NCBI GenBank assembly: GCA_050261575.1
Contig: JBLNDL010000046.1
Coordinates: 1-38,634 of the forward strand
Origin: Sphingomonadaceae bacterium
GTDB taxonomy: Bacteria; Chloroflexota; UBA6077
Direction of reading: 5' to 3'
Length of the DNA stretch: 38,634 bases
Of this stretch, positions 36,523-38,634 are shown in pieces. The notes under the pieces were generated by a model. The model did not search any database. It had not been told where the DNA came from and saw nothing but the letters and a program-made list of their open reading frames with translations. The stretch's first letter is position 1, and every line of letters begins with the position of its first letter. Both the position numbers and the translations under genes were made by a program.

Positions 36523-36618
36523 CCTTCTTCAGTCAGGTGGTTTCCGGCCTCCTATTCCTGCATTGCCTGTCACAATGGCATAGCGAGGCCCACAAAGGGC
36601 TTTCTTTCTTCACTCTGG

Positions 36619-36646
36619 TTGACATCTATTAGAGAAGTGCTATCAT
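36619..36646 (+). promoter_or_regulatory. Sigma70-type promoter of the oppA-like gene
   Basis: TTGACA, 16-nt spacer, TATCAT with an extended TG. Confidence 0.65.
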
Positions 36647-36712
36647 AGCCGGCACCGTGATACCCCATCGAATCTGACTCCGCACCCATTCTTCTGACGA
36701 AAGGAGAAGCAA

Positions 36713-38497
36713 GTGACAAGGCTCGCGAGAATCGCTGCCCCTATGGTTGCAGTGTTTGCTCTCTCTGTCTTGCTTGCGGCCTGCCAAGGCCAGCCACCGG
36801 CCGCGCCCACCTCTGCGCCCGCCCAGGCTACCAAGGCACCTGCGGCATCGGCCTCACCCGCGGCCGGCGCCACTGCTGCACCCGCTGCTTCAGTGCCCGC
36901 CGACATGGACCCGAACCAGCACCTGCGGGTGAACATCGACGGCGAACCCCCCACCTTGGATCCGAACCTGGCATCATGGGATACTTCGATCGCCGTCATC
37001 CAACTCGTCTTTGAGGGCCTTCTCAAGTTCGACAAGGACCTCAACCTGGTTCCCGGCATCGCTAAAGAGGTGCCCACCACGGCCAACGGCGGCGTCTCCG
37101 CTGATGGTAAGACCTACACCTTCAAGCTCCGAGAGGGGATGAAGTTCAGCGACGGCTCGCCGCTCACCGCCAAGGACGTCGAGTACTCCTTGAAGCGAAG
37201 CCTCGACCCCGCTCTGGCCACCGAGTACGCCTCCTTCTATTTCACGATAGTCGGCGCCGAGGAGTACTATACCTCCAAGGAAAAGGATCCTGCCAAGCTC
37301 CAGGCCCTCCGGGATGCCGTCGGCGTCAAAGCCAAGGACGACCTCACCCTCGAGGTGAGGCTGAAGGAGCCTCGAGCCAGCATGAACCAGTTGGCGACGA
37401 TGTGGCCGATGTACCCCATCCGTGAAGAGATCGTGAAGGCCAACAGCACCGCCGAGAAGCCGGACAAGTGGACCGAGGATCCCAAGACCTACATCGGCAA
37501 CGGCCCCTTCAAGATCACCGAGTGGGTCCACCAGGATCACATCACCCTGGTTCCCAACGAGAACTATTACGGCCCGAAGCCGAAGCTGAAGAAGATCACC
37601 CTCACCATGGTCACCGATGCCCAGGCTGAGTACGCCGCGTTCCTGAACGGTGAGCGTGAGATCGGCAAGATCCCCAACGCCCTCATCGAGCAGGTGTTGA
37701 AGGACCCCAACCTCAACAAGCAGCTATCCCGCAGCCCTAGGCTGTCGACCTTCGCCATCCAGTTCAACCACAAGCAGAAGCCCTTCGACAACGTCAACGT
37801 GCGGCGCGCCTTCTCGACTGCCATCGACCGCGAGGCCCTGATCAACCAGGTCCGCAAGGGCGTCGGCAAGCCCGCCTACAGTTGGGTCCCGCCCGGAAAC
37901 CCTGGCTACCAGGCCGACCTGGGCAAGGAATACGCGCTCGACCCCGCCAAGGCGAAGAAGTTCCTCGCCGACGCCGGTTACCCGGATGGCAAGGGGCTGC
38001 CGCAGATCACCTTCCAGTACGCCAACACCCGCAACAACCCCATCATCGCTCAGTTCGCACAGGAGCAGTGGAAGACCAACCTGGGGATCGACGTGAAGCT
38101 GGAGCCGATGGAGCCTAAGGCATTCAGCGAGGCCGTCAACAAGGGCCAGTACATGATGGGCTTCTACGGCTGGAACGCCGACTATCCCGATCCCGACAAC
38201 TGGCTCCCGGAACTGTTCGGTACCGGCGCGGGCAACAACCACACCTACTACAGCAACCCGAAGCTCGACGACCTGATGAGCAAGGCGATCGTCGAGCCCG
38301 ACCAGAAGAAGCGCATGGACATGTGGGCTGAGGCGCAGAAGATCATCGTCGACGACGCAGTGATCATCTACCTCTTCCACGACGAGAACTTCGTCCTGGT
38401 CAAGCCCAACGTGAAGGACATCTACTTCACAGGCATGGACGGGACGGCGTTCCCAGGCCACTACTCCGCGGGCCAGATTTGGCTGAGCAAGCAGTAA
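36713..38497 (+). CDS. oppA: ABC transporter peptide-binding lipoprotein (SBP family 5, OppA-like)
   Basis: Lipobox LAAC, EPPTLDP, FEGL, TYTFKLR...FSDGSPLTAKD, GNGPFKI, VRRAFS.AIDR, GWNADYPDP. GTG start with SD AAGGAG. Confidence 0.93.
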   Translation: MTRLARIAAPMVAVFALSVLLAACQGQPPAAPTSAPAQATKAPAASASPAAGATAAPAASVPADMDPNQHLRVNIDGEPPTLDPNLASWDTSIAVIQLVFEGLLKFDKDLNLVPGIAKEVPTTANGGVSADGKTYTFKLREGMKFSDGSPLTAKDVEYSLKRSLDPALATEYASFYFTIVGAEEYYTSKEKDPAKLQALRDAVGVKAKDDLTLEVRLKEPRASMNQLATMWPMYPIREEIVKANSTAEKPDKWTEDPKTYIGNGPFKITEWVHQDHITLVPNENYYGPKPKLKKITLTMVTDAQAEYAAFLNGEREIGKIPNALIEQVLKDPNLNKQLSRSPRLSTFAIQFNHKQKPFDNVNVRRAFSTAIDREALINQVRKGVGKPAYSWVPPGNPGYQADLGKEYALDPAKAKKFLADAGYPDGKGLPQITFQYANTRNNPIIAQFAQEQWKTNLGIDVKLEPMEPKAFSEAVNKGQYMMGFYGWNADYPDPDNWLPELFGTGAGNNHTYYSNPKLDDLMSKAIVEPDQKKRMDMWAEAQKIIVDDAVIIYLFHDENFVLVKPNVKDIYFTGMDGTAFPGHYSAGQIWLSKQ

Positions 38498-38517
38498 GGT
38501 AGAAAGGGTTCAGATGT

Positions 38518-38547
38518 GCGGGCGCCCGGCCGCGGCAGGGCGCCCGC
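38518..38547 (+). terminator. GC stem-loop after oppA (terminator or mRNA-stabilising hairpin)
   Basis: GCGGGCGCCC / GGGCGCCCGC 10-bp stem; no U-tract. Confidence 0.5.
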
Positions 38548-38634
38548 CCTAAGTTCACCCGGTGGGTCGCTGTGCAACGTTATATCCTGCGGCGGGTTAT
38601 CTGGATAATCCCGGTGCTTTTCTTCATTTCCCTC

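Overview
GC-rich bacterial chromosome segment, most likely Chloroflexota (inferred from the TIGR03662/Chlor_Arch_YYY and TIGR03663 families). The left end is housekeeping: a truncated T-box-like leader on the minus strand, smpB, tmRNA (tag ANEPVALAA), guaB, a small acidic ORF divergent from an XRE regulator, and mutS-mutL. From about 8.5 to 36.1 kb lies a roughly 27-kb cell-surface glycosylation locus. It holds eight predicted GT-C-type (polyprenyl-phosphate-sugar-dependent, membrane-embedded) transferase modules in seven genes: two TIGR03663/Agl23-like genes (one fused to an NHL beta-propeller), a stand-alone Chlor_Arch_YYY protein, a 1534-aa PMT-like + Chlor_Arch_YYY fusion, and three more ArnT/PMT-like proteins. 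It also encodes two LPG-synthase-TM flippase-like proteins, a GT2, a GT4, Ugd, WbpB- and WbpD-like enzymes, a methyltransferase and an RfbE-like epimerase. No Wzx/Wzy/Wzm-Wzt or initiating phosphoglycosyl transferase is recognisable. This looks like an archaeal-style, lipid-carrier-based extracytoplasmic glycosylation system with no established function in bacteria that I know of. The window ends with a hypothetical protein and an OppA-like lipoprotein with a Pro/Ala/Thr/Ser linker. Fine-scale features include REP-like palindromes, a heptamer-repeat palindrome and a direct-repeat-flanked segment carried in frame inside the YYY genes, and two probable leaderless genes. All family calls are by eye from motifs; no searches were run.
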